From: Alistipes sp.
GTDB lineage: Bacteria; Bacteroidota; Bacteroidia; Bacteroidales; Rikenellaceae
Direction of reading: 5' to 3'
DNA: 64,000 nucleotides
Assembly (NCBI GenBank): GCA_017465575.1
Contig: JAFTVX010000015.1
Span: 15,835-79,834 of the forward strand
Position numbers and translations under genes: made by a program. Positions within the stretch are counted from its first letter, which is position 1. Every line of letters starts with the position of its first letter. The notes beneath the pieces were generated by a model that worked only from the letters and a program-made list of their open reading frames with translations, ran no database searches and was not told the DNA's origin. Positions 62,511-64,000 of this stretch are shown in pieces.

Positions 62511-64000
62511 TTATTTCGTTCTATTGATATACGAGTTATATCGCCACTTAGCATTCTCCTCTGCTGCCTCGAAGAGTTGCTCTGCCTCCTCGGGGAATGC
62601 CTTCTGGAGTGAGGTGTAGCGTACCTCCTTCATAAGGAATGCACGGAACTTCGACCAGTCGGGCTCCTTAGAGTCCATCACGAAGGGGTTCTTGCCCTCA
62701 GCCTCGAGCTGGGGGTTGTAGTGCCAGAGGTGCCAGTAACCACACTCAACAGCCTGCTTACCGATGGTCTGGGTGCGGGTCATACCGCCCTTGATACCGT
62801 GGTTGATACAGGGAGCGTAGGCGATGATGAGCGAAGGACCGGGATATGCCTCAGCCTCCTTCAAGACATTGAAGAGCTGCTGCTGTGAAGCACCGATAGA
62901 TACCTGTGCAACATATACATAGCCGTAGGTCATCGCAATAGCGCCGATATCCTTCTTGCGGATGCGCTTACCTGCCGAAGCGAACTTAGCAACAGCGCCC
63001 ACGGGGGTAGACTTCGACGACTGACCGCCGGTGTTAGAGTAAACCTCGGTATCGACGATAAGGATATTTACATCCTCGCCCGATGCCAAAACATGGTCTA
63101 CACCACCGAAGCCGATATCGTAGCCCCAGCCGTCACCACCGAAGATCCACTGCGAACGCTTAACGAGCCAATCCTTGTACTCAAGGATAGTGCGGCAGTA
63201 GTCGCAGTCGCAAGCCTCAACCAAAGGCAAGAGGCGAGCGGTAACCTCGCGTGAAGCGGCAGCAAGGTGACGAGCATCAATCCACTCCTGCATTACGCCC
63301 TTGAGCTCATCTGAGCAGCAGTTGCACTCAGCGATAGCCTTGCGCATAACATCCTCCAAGCCCTGACGAATCTTCTCTACGCCGACACGCATACCGAGAC
63401 CGAACTCAGCGTTGTCCTCGAAGAGTGAGTTAGCCCAAGCGGGACCCTGACCCTTAGCGTTGGTGCAGTAGGGGGTAGAGGGTGCCGAACCAGAGTAGAT
63501 AGAGGTACAGCCCGTAGCGTTAGCAACCATCATACGGTCGCCAAAGAGCTGTGTGATAGCCTTGATATAGGGTGTCTCACCGCAACCAGCACAAGCACCC
63601 GAGAACTCGAACAAGGGCTGTGAGAACTGGAGGTTCTTAACAGACTTGGTCTTGTCTACATGCTCGGTGTAGCCGATATTCTTGGTGATGTAATCCCAGT
63701 TCTTAGCCTCCTTTGCCTGCTCGGCCAAAGGACGCATAACGAGAGCCTTCTCCTTAGCGGGACATACATCGACACAGTTGTTACAGCCAGTACAATCCAT
63801 AGGCGACACCTGAATGCGGAACTTCAAAGCCTTGGTCTCGCCCAAGCCCTGCTTCCACTCTGCACCCGATGCTGCAGCCTGCTCCTCGGTAGCGAGGAAG
63901 GGACGGATAGCAGCGTGGGGACATACATAGGCACACTGGTTACACTGGATACAGTTCTCGATCTTCCACTCGGGAACTGCGGTAGCGATACCACGCTTCT
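62511..64000 (-). CDS. nifJ: Pyruvate:ferredoxin (flavodoxin) oxidoreductase, C-terminal part (gene continues beyond the window end)
   Basis: Has the 4Fe-4S motif CTGCNNCVDVCP, the TPP-binding GGDGWGYDIG motif and a C-terminal domain. The reading frame stays open to position 64000. Confidence 0.9.
   Translation of the reverse strand, partial: KRGIATAVPEWKIENCIQCNQCAYVCPHAAIRPFLATEEQAAASGAEWKQGLGETKALKFRIQVSPMDCTGCNNCVDVCPAKEKALVMRPLAEQAKEAKNWDYITKNIGYTEHVDKTKSVKNLQFSQPLFEFSGACAGCGETPYIKAITQLFGDRMMVANATGCTSIYSGSAPSTPYCTNAKGQGPAWANSLFEDNAEFGLGMRVGVEKIRQGLEDVMRKAIAECNCCSDELKGVMQEWIDARHLAAASREVTARLLPLVEACDCDYCRTILEYKDWLVKRSQWIFGGDGWGYDIGFGGVDHVLASGEDVNILIVDTEVYSNTGGQSSKSTPVGAVAKFASAGKRIRKKDIGAIAMTYGYVYVAQVSIGASQQQLFNVLKEAEAYPGPSLIIAYAPCINHGIKGGMTRTQTIGKQAVECGYWHLWHYNPQLEAEGKNPFVMDSKEPDWSKFRAFLMKEVRYTSLQKAFPEEAEQLFEAAEENAKWRYNSYINRTK

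Overview
This 64-kb window looks like a chromosomal segment of a Bacteroidota (Bacteroidales-type) bacterium. Supporting signs are SusC/SusD pairs, many lipoproteins with a Cys lipobox, the TAnnTTTG -7 promoter motif upstream of many genes, DUF1573/DUF4834/DUF6377-type proteins and S46 peptidases.

Gene content is mostly housekeeping:
- maf, an S46 dipeptidyl-peptidase, lpxB, trmD, an exbB-exbD-tonB cluster, tamB, tsaD and a TIGR01212 radical-SAM gene
- an [FeFe]-hydrogenase with the full hydE/hydG/hydF maturase set
- hpt, queE, ftsB, mlaEF, gapA, a metY-metX-hom operon, a PPi-type phosphofructokinase and the 3' part of PFOR/nifJ

Accessory content:
- a classic beta-1,3-glucan-type PUL (susC, susD, an SGBP-like lipoprotein, GH16, GH3)
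- a second GH3 and a GH13
- LuxR-type and DUF6377-type regulators
- a GH30-CotH lipoprotein operon
- a parDE toxin-antitoxin pair
- a BspA-type LRR lipoprotein preceded by a tiny ORF

I found no rRNA, tRNA, CRISPR array, transposase or integrase, and no defence system other than parDE.

The most unusual signal is non-coding. Intergenic regions carry several related families of structured repeats.
- B type: five ~125-130 bp MITE-like palindromic elements. Their central hairpin shows compensatory stem changes between copies, and three copies overlap the TAA stop codon of the adjacent gene.
- D type: two ~115 bp elements built from TTAGGGA/TCCCTAA words.
- A type: three elements built from TTAGTTGTTAG and CATTTTAAC words.
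- Composite ~320-350 bp versions sit in inverted orientation on either side of the met operon.

Other candidates:
- a Met-rich leader ORF in a ~215-nt 5' UTR of metY
- a promoter -> G9 tract -> strong terminator -> 47-aa ORF -> LRR lipoprotein arrangement
- an unannotated Pmp3/YqaE-type 55-aa gene
- a 12-3-12 palindrome over the parDE promoter

All coordinates of hairpins and repeats were counted by hand and may be off by 1-2 nt. All family assignments come from motif recognition only, with no database search.
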